Of a DNA stretch of 64,000 nt, positions 1 through 10,909 are shown piece after piece. Source of the stretch: an uncultured archaeon (GTDB taxonomy: Archaea > Thermoproteota > Nitrososphaeria > Nitrososphaerales > Gagatemarchaeaceae); contig CAWCYD010000003.1 of NCBI GenBank assembly GCA_963799775.1, positions 352,001 through 416,000 on the forward strand, read 5' to 3'. The notes under the pieces were generated by a model. It was not told the origin of the DNA, searched no databases, and saw only the letters and a program-made list of their open reading frames with translations. A program made the position numbers and the translations under genes. Every line of letters starts with the position of its first letter. The first letter of the stretch is position 1.

Positions 1-439
1 AATCGGCTGTCTTGTTCTCCACCTCGTCGAGTATGTCCCTCATCTCTTGGGGGAGGAGGTCGAACTTGCCGATCCCCTTGACCCTGACCCGATACCTGTA
101 GATCCTCTGGTCCGTGAGAAGCCTTCGGAGCCGCTCCTCGATGAGGCGGAAGAGCTCAGCGACCTCTTCCGGCGTCCTCTGGAGGTTCTCTGTCGAGAGG
201 ACGTAGAGCGTTATCGACTTTATCCCTATCTCGTGACACCAGTCGAGCAGCCTCTCGACCACGTCCGCCCCCTGCGTGTGGCCGAGGTCGATGGTCAGCT
301 TGTGGTTCTGCGCCCACCTCCTGTTCCCGTCGAGGATTATCCCGATGTGCCCTGGTATCGGCCCCTTCTCGATCTGGGAGTTGAGAGAACTCTCGTAGAC
401 CCTATAGGCACCGATAGACCGCAATACCCCGTCAAGCAC
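1..439 (-). CDS. uppS: cis-prenyltransferase (undecaprenyl/polyprenyl diphosphate synthase), truncated by window edge
   Basis: Manual translation from GTG at 439: ...PIPGHIGIILDGNRRWA...GHTQGADVVERLLDWCHEIGIKSITLYVLSTENLQR; carries the DGNRRW and STEN motifs. Not in the ORF track because it runs off the window. Confidence 0.93.
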   Translation of the reverse strand, partial: MLDGVLRSIGAYRVYESSLNSQIEKGPIPGHIGIILDGNRRWAQNHKLTIDLGHTQGADVVERLLDWCHEIGIKSITLYVLSTENLQRTPEEVAELFRLIEERLRRLLTDQRIYRYRVRVKGIGKFDLLPQEMRDILDEVENKTAD

Positions 440-444
440 GGTCG

Positions 445-1650
445 TCAGTCCTGTCGTTCTTCCGGACCGGGTTCCGATACGTTGCCGTCTGCCGAGTCGC
501 CGGGCGTGAGCGAGGGGCGCTGGCCCGCGACCGACGGCACGGTCGACCTGCTCCTGAGTCTCGTGTACAGCGTTATCACGACGCCGAAGACCGCTGCGAG
601 CCCTACGAGCACGTAGGTGATGAGGAGGATGGTCGAGTTCGTCCCGCCGGTGATCAGGTAGTCGCTGAACTGGTCCATGGGGAAGAAGAGCAGCGCGAGC
701 ACCACGATCCCTGTCATGCTCCTCCATGCCCGCGGGCTCCCGCGCAGGAACTGGGTAAGGAGGTTCCCCGAGAGGTAGATCGCTATCGCCGTCCAGATCA
801 AAAGGAGAGAGCCCTTGAGATAGTAGCCTATCAGCCCACCTCCATATTGGATGAAGAGAGAAGGAGACTGCCCCACCAGGGCCATCGCGTTGGGGTCGTT
901 GAGTACCATGAAGCTGTAACCGCTTGAGAGACCTGCGATGAGGATCAAGATACTGGCAGGGATGGTGAAGAGCCGGACGTATCCATGGGGCTTTTGGCTC
1001 AACATGCCCGCGATGAACCTGTCGATGTTGAAACCTCGGACAAGGAAGGCAGCTCCGAGTATGATCAGTATCGACAGGGCCGCTAGATATGCCGCCCCCG
1101 CGAGGACCAGGATGCCGGTCAGCAGCAAGATTATCCCCGGCACCCCTATCGCCCACTTTGAGTATCTCGGGTCGAAGACGAGCATCCTCAGATACCGACC
1201 TATCACCATGTAGTTCTCCTCCACCGACCTGCTGTGCTTGACCACTATCCTCCTCACGGAGACTATGGGCTTCAACGTCTGGATTATCGGGATGACGAGC
1301 TCGTCCTCGGCCCCGTCGCTGATGAGCACTATCCCGGAGTAGTTCTGTCGGGAGAGGAGCGCCTCTACCTCGCTCCTGATCTTCCTGTCTGCCTTGAATC
1401 CCGAGTCCTCCAGGCCGCAGACCGCTCCCACATCGCACGCGATCTCCTGTGCCCTTAGGGCGTCGTATTCTTTCGTCGCCGCGAAGAGGGCGTTCGCGTC
1501 GGCCTCCTCTGGGTCGGCCACCGCGAGCCGGGTCGCTGCATCCAGCACCGCGTCCCTCCCGAAGATGGGGGACCGGATACCAGTCTTGCGCTCGAGGTCA
1601 CCGTCCCTATCGACCGAGAGCACAAGCACGCGCTCTTGGGGCGCCGACAT
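445..1650 (-). CDS. DUF373 family membrane protein
   Basis: N-terminal VLSVDRDGDL...DPEEADAN, SDGAEDE, then several TM helices; usual neighbour of archaeal uppS. Confidence 0.85.
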   Translation of the reverse strand: MSAPQERVLVLSVDRDGDLERKTGIRSPIFGRDAVLDAATRLAVADPEEADANALFAATKEYDALRAQEIACDVGAVCGLEDSGFKADRKIRSEVEALLSRQNYSGIVLISDGAEDELVIPIIQTLKPIVSVRRIVVKHSRSVEENYMVIGRYLRMLVFDPRYSKWAIGVPGIILLLTGILVLAGAAYLAALSILIILGAAFLVRGFNIDRFIAGMLSQKPHGYVRLFTIPASILILIAGLSSGYSFMVLNDPNAMALVGQSPSLFIQYGGGLIGYYLKGSLLLIWTAIAIYLSGNLLTQFLRGSPRAWRSMTGIVVLALLFFPMDQFSDYLITGGTNSTILLITYVLVGLAAVFGVVITLYTRLRSRSTVPSVAGQRPSLTPGDSADGNVSEPGPEERQD

Positions 1651-1745
1651 GACTTTCGTTCTCGAGAACGTCCCTCTCTACTTAAGGGCTATCCCGTCGC
1701 AGGGAAGAAAGGGCAAAATACCCGCCTACCTGACGACGTGTCAGG

Positions 1746-3449
1746 TTGCTAGTGGAGCGACCATGGAAAAAGGCCTGGGCAAAACACGTGATTGCTTCGG
1801 TGGGAGACGACCCGCCAGAGCCTCGCCCTTTGTTCGAGCTCGTCTCAAAGACCGCTGCGAGGGACCCGGCTAGGCGCTGTCTGCGGTTCCAGGGCGCGAG
1901 CCTGACCTATGGGGAGGTCGACGACCTATCGTCGCGATTCGCCACCGCGCTCCTCTCCATGGGCATGAAAAAGGGGGACAGGGTCGCCATATTCTTGCCG
2001 AACATGCCGCAGTTCGTCCTGGCATACTTTGGGATCCTGAAAGCAGGAGGGATAGCCGTCCCTTGCAGCCCTCTCTACAAGTCGAAGGAGCTCGAATTCC
2101 AGCTCAGGAACTCCGGCTCCTCGTTCGTCGTCGCGGTCAACGACGTCGTCAAGGGGAATGACCTCTACTCCAGCGTCGAGGGGTGTAAGCAAAAGGTCGA
2201 CGCAAAGGTCATCACAGCGAGCCTGACGGACTACCTTCCCGGGGCGAAGAGGGCGCTCGCTGGCCTCGCAGGCGTCAAGAACGTCAAGCGGAACGGGACC
2301 GTCGGCGCCTTCAGAGACCTCGTGACAAGGAGCCCGCCCTTGTCCAAGTATTCCGACATCGACCCGCGTCGCGACGTCGCCGTCCTCCAGTACACGGGAG
2401 GTACGACAGGGGTGTCGAAAGGTGCGATGTTGACCCACTCGAACCTCTACACAAACGCGGCCGTGACGGCAACATGGTTCCCCCTGAAGAGCGATGACAT
2501 CGCCCTCGGGGCGCTGCCGTTCTTCCACATATACGGGATGACCGCCGTGATGAACGCCCCCCTTTACGCGGGGGGCTCCATAGTCCTCCTGCCGAGGTTC
2601 GAGGTGGAGGCGGCGATGAAAGCGATACAGGACGAGAAGATCACCTCCTTCTGCGGTGTCCCGACCATGTACATCGCCGTCATCAACCACCCGGAGGTGA
2701 AAAAGTTCAATCTGAGATCCGTCCGCGGGTGCATTTCCGGCGGGGCCGCCCTTCCCAGGGCCGTGAGCGAATCGTTCGCGAGCCTCACGGGGGGGACGCT
2801 GGTAGAAGGATACGGTCTGAGCGAGTCCAGCCCGGTCACGCACTGCAACCCGATCGGCGAAGGAGGGGCGGTCAGAGAAGGCTCGATAGGCGTCCCGGTC
2901 CCCTTCACAGACGCGAAGATCGTGGACATGAGCGACGCGAGCAAGGAGCTCCCCCTGGGAGAGTCGGGCGAGCTCGCCGTCAAGGGGCCTCAGGTGATGC
3001 TCGGCTACTGGAACAACGTGGCGGAGACCGAACACGTCTTGAGCAGGGATGGCTGGATGCTGACCGGGGACATCGCAAGGATGGACGCGGACGGCTACTT
3101 CTACATCGTTGACAGGAAGAAGGACATGATCGACGTCTCGGGGCTCAAGGTCTATCCTCGCGAGGTCGAGGAGCTCCTCTTCACCCATCCTGCGGTCAAG
3201 GAAGCGGCGGTCGTTGGGATGCCCGACTCATACAGGGGAGAGGCTGTCCATGCCTACATCGTCCTCAAGCCGGAGAGCAAGGGTAAGGTCGCCGAGGAAG
3301 AGATAATACAATTCTGCAGGTCTAACCTCGCGACCTACAAGGCGCCGAGGAAGGTGACCTTCGTCGACGAGCTTCCGAAGTCTCTCATCGGCAAGGTCTT
3401 GAGAAGGAAGCTCCGGGAGACGGAATCAGGCCGGCAAGCGCCTTCCTGA
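1746..3449 (+). CDS. long-chain-fatty-acid--CoA ligase
   Basis: YTGGTTGVSKG AMP-binding motif, EGYGLSE, TGD, DRKKDMI, GKVLRR. Confidence 0.93.
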   Translation: MLVERPWKKAWAKHVIASVGDDPPEPRPLFELVSKTAARDPARRCLRFQGASLTYGEVDDLSSRFATALLSMGMKKGDRVAIFLPNMPQFVLAYFGILKAGGIAVPCSPLYKSKELEFQLRNSGSSFVVAVNDVVKGNDLYSSVEGCKQKVDAKVITASLTDYLPGAKRALAGLAGVKNVKRNGTVGAFRDLVTRSPPLSKYSDIDPRRDVAVLQYTGGTTGVSKGAMLTHSNLYTNAAVTATWFPLKSDDIALGALPFFHIYGMTAVMNAPLYAGGSIVLLPRFEVEAAMKAIQDEKITSFCGVPTMYIAVINHPEVKKFNLRSVRGCISGGAALPRAVSESFASLTGGTLVEGYGLSESSPVTHCNPIGEGGAVREGSIGVPVPFTDAKIVDMSDASKELPLGESGELAVKGPQVMLGYWNNVAETEHVLSRDGWMLTGDIARMDADGYFYIVDRKKDMIDVSGLKVYPREVEELLFTHPAVKEAAVVGMPDSYRGEAVHAYIVLKPESKGKVAEEEIIQFCRSNLATYKAPRKVTFVDELPKSLIGKVLRRKLRETESGRQAPS

Positions 3450-3472
3450 CTCCTCATTCGCACAGATCCGGC

Positions 3473-4648
3473 CTATCTCTCCACGATCATGGCCAGCGCG
3501 TTCCCTCCGCCCATGCACAGCGTCGCCAGACCTCTCCTCTTTCCCCGCCTCCTCAGCTCGTAGACCAGCGTCGTCAGGATCCTGGCGCCGCTGCACCCGA
3601 TGGGATGACCCAGGGCCACGGCCCCTCCGTTCACGTTCATCTTCTCGTCCGGGATCCCCAATTCGTCCCTGACCGCTATCGACGAGCTCGCGTACGCCTC
3701 GTTGTACTCGAACAGGTCGAAGTCCTCGATCGAGAAGCCGGTGGCCTTCAGCAACGACCTGACCGTGGGGATCGGGGCCTCCATGACGTCTTCCGGCTTG
3801 GTCCCGCCCGCGCCGTATGCGACGATCTTCGCAAGCGGCTTCGCTCCCATCTCCTTCGCATGCTCGGCGCCTGCGACGACGAGCGCGCTCGCCCCGTCGC
3901 TGAGCTGTGACGAGTTCCCTGCGGTCAGGATGCCATCATGCGCGAAGACGGGTTGAAGCTTCGCGAGCTTCTGCAAGGTCGTGTCAGGCCTGATACACTC
4001 GTCCGAGGAGAAGGAGATGCCTCCCGAGTCACTTTCGACATCCACGGGGACTATCTCGTCGGAGAACCTGCCTGCCTTCTGGGCGCTCGCGGCCTTTTCA
4101 TGGCTCTCCAGCGCGTACTCGTCAGCCTGTCTCCTCGTCACCCCGTACTTCTTCGCGATCCTCTCGCCGGTGACGCCCATGTGGAAGTCGTTGTAGACGT
4201 CCCAGAGGCCGTCGACTATCATCGAGTCTTCCAACTTCGCGTCGCCGATGCGGCTCCCCCATCTCATCTTCCTCACGAGGTACGGGGCGTTGCTCATGTT
4301 CTCCGTACCTCCTGCGAGGACAAGCCGCTGGTCGCCGGCCTTGACCGCCTGGGCAGCCAACATGACGGCGCGCAGCCCGGAGCCGCAGACCTTGTTGATG
4401 CTGAACGACCCGACGTGCGCCGGGACGCCCGCGTAGATCGCCGCCTGCCTAGCAACGTTCTGGCCTAGACCTGCGGAGATGACGTTGCCGAGGACGACCT
4501 CGCCCACGTCTCCGGGCTTGACGCGGGCCCTGGCCGTCGCCTCCTTGAGGACGACCGCCCCCAGGCGCGCCGCGTGGACACCGACGAGGGTCTTCCCGAA
4601 CTTACCGATCGGCGTCCTGCAGGCGGAGAGGATCACAGGAGAATCCAA
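3473..4648 (-). CDS. acetyl-CoA C-acyltransferase (classical thiolase)
   Basis: INKVCGSG catalytic Cys, NEA, GHPIG, CMGGG motifs. Confidence 0.95.
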   Translation of the reverse strand: MDSPVILSACRTPIGKFGKTLVGVHAARLGAVVLKEATARARVKPGDVGEVVLGNVISAGLGQNVARQAAIYAGVPAHVGSFSINKVCGSGLRAVMLAAQAVKAGDQRLVLAGGTENMSNAPYLVRKMRWGSRIGDAKLEDSMIVDGLWDVYNDFHMGVTGERIAKKYGVTRRQADEYALESHEKAASAQKAGRFSDEIVPVDVESDSGGISFSSDECIRPDTTLQKLAKLQPVFAHDGILTAGNSSQLSDGASALVVAGAEHAKEMGAKPLAKIVAYGAGGTKPEDVMEAPIPTVRSLLKATGFSIEDFDLFEYNEAYASSSIAVRDELGIPDEKMNVNGGAVALGHPIGCSGARILTTLVYELRRRGKRRGLATLCMGGGNALAMIVER

Positions 4649-4974
4649 TGTTATCCTATCAAGGCTGTTCCTTTATAACATGCGAGCGAGAAGACCCACT
4701 TGCCTCAGCCGTGGAATGAAAGCGAGCCTATGGGCGCTTAAGTATCGCGACCACAATATGATCAATGTGCGACCCGCACAAGTAGGGCAGGACATGCCCG
4801 AACTCAAGCCTGTGGAGACCAAGGCCTCTGCTCGTCGCGACAACACGAAAGCAAGCCAGATCGAGGAAGCAGGAACTATACGCGCTGCAACAGGCGCTGG
4901 AAGCGCACGGATTCTATTCGTGGGAGGATGTCACAACAAAAACCCAGGTTTCTACCCCGGAAGGCCCGTCGCCT

Positions 4975-5559
4975 TCATGTCGAGCGAAGCGCGAGCCCGT
5001 TCCTCGCATAGCGGGACGAGTAGTATATGATCACGGGAGCAAGAACCGCCCCCGTCACAAAGTCGCTGATCTCGTGAGCCAGCATGAAAGGGACCAAGCC
5101 TGCGACCTCTGTCGCGACGAGCTTCTGGAAAGTCAGCTGGGGCCAGAACTCCAGGATCGCCGTCCCTGCGTTCGTCTCTAGGCTCCACAAGAACGCGCAG
5201 ATCGTGAGCAAGGCGCCGAAGTAGAGGTTCCGCGCCGAGACCGTGGATACCTTGTTCGACCACAGCTTGGAGGCGGCCCACCCTGCGAGGGCGTACATTA
5301 TCTCACCGGCGACGAGAAACGGGATGATGTATCCGCCGAATCCGAAGGGATTCAACGTCCCCCAGATCAACTCGGAGAGCACCCCCACATAGATGCCCAT
5401 CTCGAGGCCGAAGACGAAGGCGACCGAGAAGACGACAGGGTCGACGATCTTGACGTTGAGCGCGTCCGTGAGCGCGTAGTCCGAGGCGATAGACAGAGAC
5501 GTGAAGACGGCCACGACAGCGAGATCCCTTGTCCTCATGTCCGCCGCCTGGCTGGACAA
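4975..5559 (-). CDS. ECF transporter S-component-like membrane protein (start may be 5538)
   Basis: About 190 aa with ~6 hydrophobic segments; N-terminal TRDLAVVAVFTSLSIA resembles S components. Confidence 0.6.
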   Translation of the reverse strand: MSSQAADMRTRDLAVVAVFTSLSIASDYALTDALNVKIVDPVVFSVAFVFGLEMGIYVGVLSELIWGTLNPFGFGGYIIPFLVAGEIMYALAGWAASKLWSNKVSTVSARNLYFGALLTICAFLWSLETNAGTAILEFWPQLTFQKLVATEVAGLVPFMLAHEISDFVTGAVLAPVIIYYSSRYARNGLALRST

Positions 5560-5578
5560 ACCAGCCAGGGTTTAACGA

Positions 5579-6052
5579 TTATCTCCTTCTCTGGTTCGCC
5601 CTCGTCCTGAACCCTTGGAGGTCGAGGATGGAGCCGCTCCTCTTGTCGGGGCTCGCGAACACGGCCCCGACGGAATCTCCCACCTTGGGTCTGCGTCCAT
5701 CCTCGCCGAGGAGCCTGTGGACCAACCCGCCGCTGACTCCCTCGAAGGTCACGAACCCGAAGGTCACTCTCGGTCTGCCGCCACGGGCAGTCGGTGAGGA
5801 CATCGCAGCTATCCTCCCAAGCTGGTAGAGCTCCACGTCAGGCCTCGTCCTGCCGTAGCACATGAGGCAGTACGTCCTGGGAGGGACCCTTACGTCGCCG
5901 CAGCGGGGGCACTTGCTGGCGATGATCTTGCACTCCATCAGGCCCCTGAGGAAGACCTCGCCTGCCACTCCAGCGGTGTATTCGTAGCTGAGGGGTATGC
6001 TGTCCTCCCAGGCGATGATCCTCCCTGTCCCACGTGCGACGACCGAGCTCAG
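5579..6052 (-). CDS. Zn-ribbon/OB-fold (DUF35) acyl-CoA-binding protein
   Basis: YEYTAGVAGEVF...CPRCG...PPRTYCLMC. Frame is open upstream of the ORF-track start to a CTG overlapping the previous TGA; start uncertain. Confidence 0.85.
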   Translation of the reverse strand: MSSVVARGTGRIIAWEDSIPLSYEYTAGVAGEVFLRGLMECKIIASKCPRCGDVRVPPRTYCLMCYGRTRPDVELYQLGRIAAMSSPTARGGRPRVTFGFVTFEGVSGGLVHRLLGEDGRRPKVGDSVGAVFASPDKRSGSILDLQGFRTRANQRRR

Positions 6053-6576
6053 CCTTTCCTCGACCTCACGTCAATCGGTCTGAAGTATGCGATGTCGGTG
6101 ATCGCGCCACCCCTTTCCCTCCGCGCCTTCCAGACTGCCTTGACCTTCATCCCGACCTCGACCCGCTCGGGGGAGACCTCGCCGAGGACGTGCAGCAGGC
6201 CCATCATCTCGGAGGCGCCGTCGATCTCGATGACGGCTACGAGGATGGGGTCTACCCGTCTGCTCGCGTCCGCATTGACATAGCTTATCGAATACGTGAC
6301 TATCCTCCCGGTGTCCTTCAACCTCACCCACTTGGTCGTAGGGCGGAAGCACCGCTCGCAATACATCCGCGGAGGCACGAGCGTCCTCCCACAGCCCTCG
6401 CACCGCCTTCCCCAGATCTCGCCGTCCTTGAGGCCCTCCATGAACCGTGACGTGGCCTTGCCTGCAGCCCAAGAGTATCTCAGGACCGTCTTGTACTTCG
6501 AGACGAGATACTTTTCCTCGCGCGACTCCTTCGACGTTATCTCCGTGCCAGGGTAGCGAGAGACCTTGCTGCTCAC
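6049..6576 (-). CDS. Zn-ribbon/OB-fold (DUF35) protein
   Basis: YSWAAGKATSRF...CEGCG...PPRMYCERC; GTG start overlaps the ligase stop (GTGA). It is the C-terminal part of the 789-aa ORF. Confidence 0.88.
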   Translation of the reverse strand: MSSKVSRYPGTEITSKESREEKYLVSKYKTVLRYSWAAGKATSRFMEGLKDGEIWGRRCEGCGRTLVPPRMYCERCFRPTTKWVRLKDTGRIVTYSISYVNADASRRVDPILVAVIEIDGASEMMGLLHVLGEVSPERVEVGMKVKAVWKARRERGGAITDIAYFRPIDVRSRKG

Positions 6577-8521
6577 CGTGTCGCCCTCCTGCTGCGGTAC
6601 TCGACGAAGAATCCCATCGCCTCTGGGTTCTTCAGCGAGCTCGCGCTCACGGCGCGGTCCGGATCCGTTCCCATGAGGATGCGCTTCACTGGGCACCTCC
6701 ACCTTCTTGCCGTTCATGGTCCTCGGCACTTCGCGGATCTGGACCACCTCGTCGGGAACAAGTCTTGGAGAAAGCTCCGCGCGGACCTTCTTCACGATCT
6801 GGTCCTTCAATGCTTGGTCTAGTACCATGCCCGGCCTCAAGACGACGAAGAGCGGCATGAACGAGGGGGCGTCCGGGTGCTCGACGTCGATCACCAGCGA
6901 GTCCAAGACCCCGGGGATGGACTCGACGACCCCGTATATCTCGCTCGTCCCGGCCCTGACCCCTCTCCTCTTTATCGTGGAGTCCGACCGACCATAGATG
7001 GCGCAGCTTCCTTCCTCGTCTATCTTGATCCAGTCGCCGTGCCTCCAGACCCCGGGGAACATTGAGAAGTAGCTCTCCTGATACAGCGACCCGTCCTCGT
7101 CTCCCCAGAGGTATAGCGGCATGGAGGGCATCGGCGACCTCACCACGAGCTCGCCTACCTCTCCCACTATCTCCTTCCCAGACTCATCGAATGCCGCGAC
7201 CGCGGCCCCCAGACATATGCACTGGATCTTCCCCGACCTCACGGGCAACGTAGGGTTGCCTCCCACGAAGGCCGTGCACACGTCCGTGCCCCCGCTGATG
7301 GAGGCGGTCCACATCTCCAGGTTCTCGTTGAGCCATCGGAAGCTGGCAGAAGATAGCGGCGATCCCGTCGAGCCTATGCCTCGGATGCTCTCGACATCCC
7401 TCCCCGCGGGCCTGTATCCGCTCTTTGACATCGCATCGAAGTACGGAGCGCTCGCCCCGAAGAAGGTCATCTTGGTCCTGCCCGCCAGACTCCACAAGGT
7501 ACTGGGGTCCGGATGCAAGGGGTCGCCGTCAAAGAGTACGACCGAGGCACCGAGAAGAAGCGCTCCGAGCATGTAGTTCCACATCATCCAGCCCGCCGAA
7601 GTGTACCAGAACATCCTGTCGCCCCGCCTGATGTCGTTGTGCAGCGAGAGCTCCTTGAGGTGCTCCAAGAGAATGCCTCCGTGACCATGGACGATCGGCT
7701 TTGGAAGGCCGGTCGTCCCTGAGGTGTACAAGATCCACAGAGGATGGTCGAAAGGCACCATCTCGAACTCCAAGGGCTCGTCCCTCTCTCCCAGCTCGAC
7801 CCAGTCTTCTGCTCCCGCGACGCCTTCCCTTTCCCGTGTGTCTGTCACCACCGTCGTGTGGATGCTGGGCAGCGACTCGCGGACCTCCTCGATGACACCT
7901 CTCTTGTCGAACCACTTGCCGCCGTAGCTGTACCCTTCGACCCCGATGAAGGCCCGGGGGGAGACCTGGCTGAACCGGTCGATGACGCTCCGAGGGCCGG
8001 CCTCCGGGGGGCAGCAGGTCCACACCGCTCCGATGCTTGCCGAGGCAAGCAACGCCACGACCGCTTCTGCACAGTTCGGGAGGTAACCCGCGACCCGGTC
8101 ACCCGGCCTGACCCCCTCCTCTCTCAAAAAGGCCGCGAGAGAAGCAGTCTCCGCCTTTAGCTCGCCCCAGGTGACGCTCGAGTCCTCCTCTCTCTCCGCT
8201 GCGACGACTAGTGCCACGTCGTTGTCGTATCTGTTCCGGAATGTGTGCTCCGCGTAGTTGAGCCTGGCGCCCTCGAACCATCTTGCTCCCGGCATCTTCC
8301 TCTCGCTCAGGGCCCTTCTCGTAGGGCCTCGTGGACCAGACCTCGAAGTACTCCCAGACGGTCTCCCAGAACTCCTCCAAGTTCTCGGTCGACCAGCGCC
8401 AGAGGGCCTGATAGTCATCGAACGTGACGCCCTTGCGCTTCTCGACCCACCTCCTGTACCTCGTCATGTTCGCGAGCTCCGCCGACCGCTTCGAAGGTGC
8501 CCAGAGCGTCTGACCTTCCAT
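6573..8521 (-). CDS. acetoacetate--CoA ligase (two apparent 1-nt frameshifts, ~8312 and ~6690)
   Basis: LWAPS...DYQALWRWS, ARWFEGARLNYAEH, YTSGTTGLPKPIVHGHGG, SISGGTD, WRHGDW, GKKVEVP. Confidence 0.9.
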
Positions 8522-8526
8522 CTCAT

Positions 8527-9692
8527 CTATCGCCTCAAGGTGATGACGGTGCCCACCTGGAGGAGGTTCCCCCCAAGCCTGAGCCAGCCCTCTGTTCACT
8601 TCCTTTTTCACTTGTCTCTTCCCCGCTTCCCCCCTCAGTTGCCAGAACACCTCGCAGACCTTCATGAGGCCAGCGGCAGCAATAGGGTTTCCAACTCCAA
8701 GGAGCCCGCCTGAGGGGTTAATCGGGAAGTCTCCGTCTCTCTGGGTCACGCCTTCCTTCGTCAGCTTGGGCGCCCCGCCTTTGTCCGCGAGCATGAGGCC
8801 TTCCATGTGGTGCAACTCCTTGTAGTCGAAGGGGTCGTAGACCTCCGCAAAGTCTAGGTCCGTTCCGAGGGTCCTCGATCTTCGCCATCTTGTATGCCAT
8901 CTTGGCGGCGCGCTCGACGTACTCCGGGTAGCACAGATCCCTGTTGGTCCAGTATTGCGTGTCGACATTCCAGCCGACGCCGTCGATCCAAACAGGGTCG
9001 TCAGTGTACTTCCTTGCGACATCTTCTGAGGCTAGCACCATCGCAACGGCCTCGTCTGAGGGCGGTGAGACATCCAAACGTTTCACAGGTGAGACAATCT
9101 TCTCGCTCCGCATGACGTCCTCGACCGTGATCTTCGCCCCCAACTGGGCGCACGGATGGTCGAGCGCGTTGAGCTTGTTCTTCACAGCGACCAGCGCTAT
9201 CTCCTCTTCCTTCACCCCGTAGACGTGCATGTACCTTCGCATCTCGAGCGCGAAGATCCAGAGCAGCGTCACGCCCAACGGTCTCTCCAAAGTGTGGTCG
9301 AATATGCTCCAGAAGGCATACTGCGGATGCGGATGGAGAGGGGACATCTTCTCCTCCGCGACCACCATGCAGGTGTCGAACATCCCCGACGCGACGTGCC
9401 ACCAGCCTCCTATCGGTGAGAAGACTCCCGTCCCGCCTCCGACGTAGACCCTGCTCGTCGGCGAGCCGATGCCTCCGGCCCCCTCGAGGAGGTACTCTCC
9501 CTTCATGTGCACCCCGTCGAACGCGTCCGGGGCGCTGCCTATCACGACGGACTCGATCTCCTTCCTTTCCATCTTGGCCGCCTCCAGGGCCATGGAGGTC
9601 GCCTCGAAGGATAGCTCCCTCCCCGTCTCGAGGAGACGCCTCCTGAACAACGTCATCCCCGCCCCGATTATCGCGACCCTTCGCGCTGTCAT
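8527..9692 (-). CDS. archaeal thiolase-domain protein (SCP2/lipid-transfer type), frameshifted ~8860 and ~8565
   Basis: VAIIGAGMT, APDAFDG, AEVYDPFDYKELHHMEGL, NPSGGLLGVGNPIAAAG. Confidence 0.85.
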
Positions 9693-10828
9693 GCTCCCAC
9701 CGAGAGAATCGCGACCCCACCCGTGGCGGTTGGGACGCCGCGCCACGACTGCACGAGCGCGCTCTTGGCGCCCTTCACCTGCCTCTTGCCGCCCTCCCCC
9801 CTGAGCTGGACCACTGCTTCGTAGAGCCGATAGAGCGCCGAGGCCTCGATGAGGTTGCCTACAGCCAGCGACCCTCCTGATGGGTTCAGCGCCGGGCCTC
9901 GTCCTCTAGGATCTCCGAGGCCTCTTGCCCGTCCTTTGAGAGCGACAGGAGGTGTTGAAGAAGCTTGAACGAGTAGGTGTCGTCTATCTCCAAGAGGTCC
10001 AGCGACCCTATCTCCCTGTCCAGCCCCGCTTGCCTGGCCGCGCGCTCGAACGACGCCCGCGCATATCCTGCCGAAGTAACCTCGCCGCCGTCGAGCCACG
10101 GGAGGGAAGAGTTCCAGGCGACGCCGTCGACTCCTACGCCTTCTCCCCTGTTCTTCCGGGACCATCCATCTGAAGCGAGCACTATGACCACGGCCGCGTC
10201 TGCGAACTGGGCCTTGTCCGCCCTCCTCAACGGGGAAGAGATGACCTCTGAGCTTGCCGAGACGCCGCGTCTCCTCTTCGACCCGAAGCTCGCCAACGGG
10301 TTGAGGGTGCCCCTCTTCCTTGAGTTCTCTATGGCGACGTCGCAGTCAGCCAGCCCGAATCCCGAGAGCTCCAAGAACGCCCCCATCTCGAGCGCGGCCA
10401 GCGTGTCGCTCCCCATCCCGAGAGGACGCAACAGCGACGGCTCCTGCGCGAAGTCCTCCACCGCGTCCTTGTCGAGCACGTCCGAGACCTTGCTGTGAGC
10501 CTCTAGCACGACGACCTCTGCCACGCCGGACTCGATCTGCATGACGGCGTTTCCCAGGCCGGTGATGCCGTCCCCGGGAATCGTGCAGACCGGCCTCCCC
10601 GCGCCTCCTATCTGGTCGGGTACCATCTCGTCTGTGATGCTCCAGCCCTCCCACAGGCTCATCGCTCGTCGTGATGAAAGAATCGACGTCCCTCCTCGGG
10701 TCTACACCCGCGTCCCTGTATGCCAGCGCGGCCGCCTCGAACATCAACTCGCGAGTCGAGATCTCTGGGAGCGCAGGCTTGAACCCCGCGGCACCCACGC
10801 CGACTATGCTGACAGCAGGTCTCCCCAT
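9689..10828 (-). CDS. archaeal thiolase-like protein, frameshifted ~10665 and ~9895
   Basis: Three consecutive ORF pieces: VSIVGVG...; LWEGWSITDEMVPDQIG, EIDDTYS; NPSGGSL...QSWRGVPTATG. Confidence 0.8.
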
Positions 10829-10909
10829 CTCGTGCGCTGAAGGCTCGTTCGATAGATAAGTTTGGCTGCATCGACAGCAATTAATCTACCACAGGTCTGA
10901 TGCCGCGCG

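Noticed and set aside
4758-5030. Possible small gene after a TATA-like CTTAAGTA, with a protein-like segment KQELYALQQALEAHGFYSWEDV in a shifted frame
   Set aside because: No recognisable family and an ambiguous frame; cannot be supported without homology search.
6049-8418. Acetoacetate-CoA ligase-DUF35 fusion (789-aa ORF)
   Set aside because: The normal ligase tail and a GTGA stop/start overlap exist in the alternative frame; frameshift artefact.
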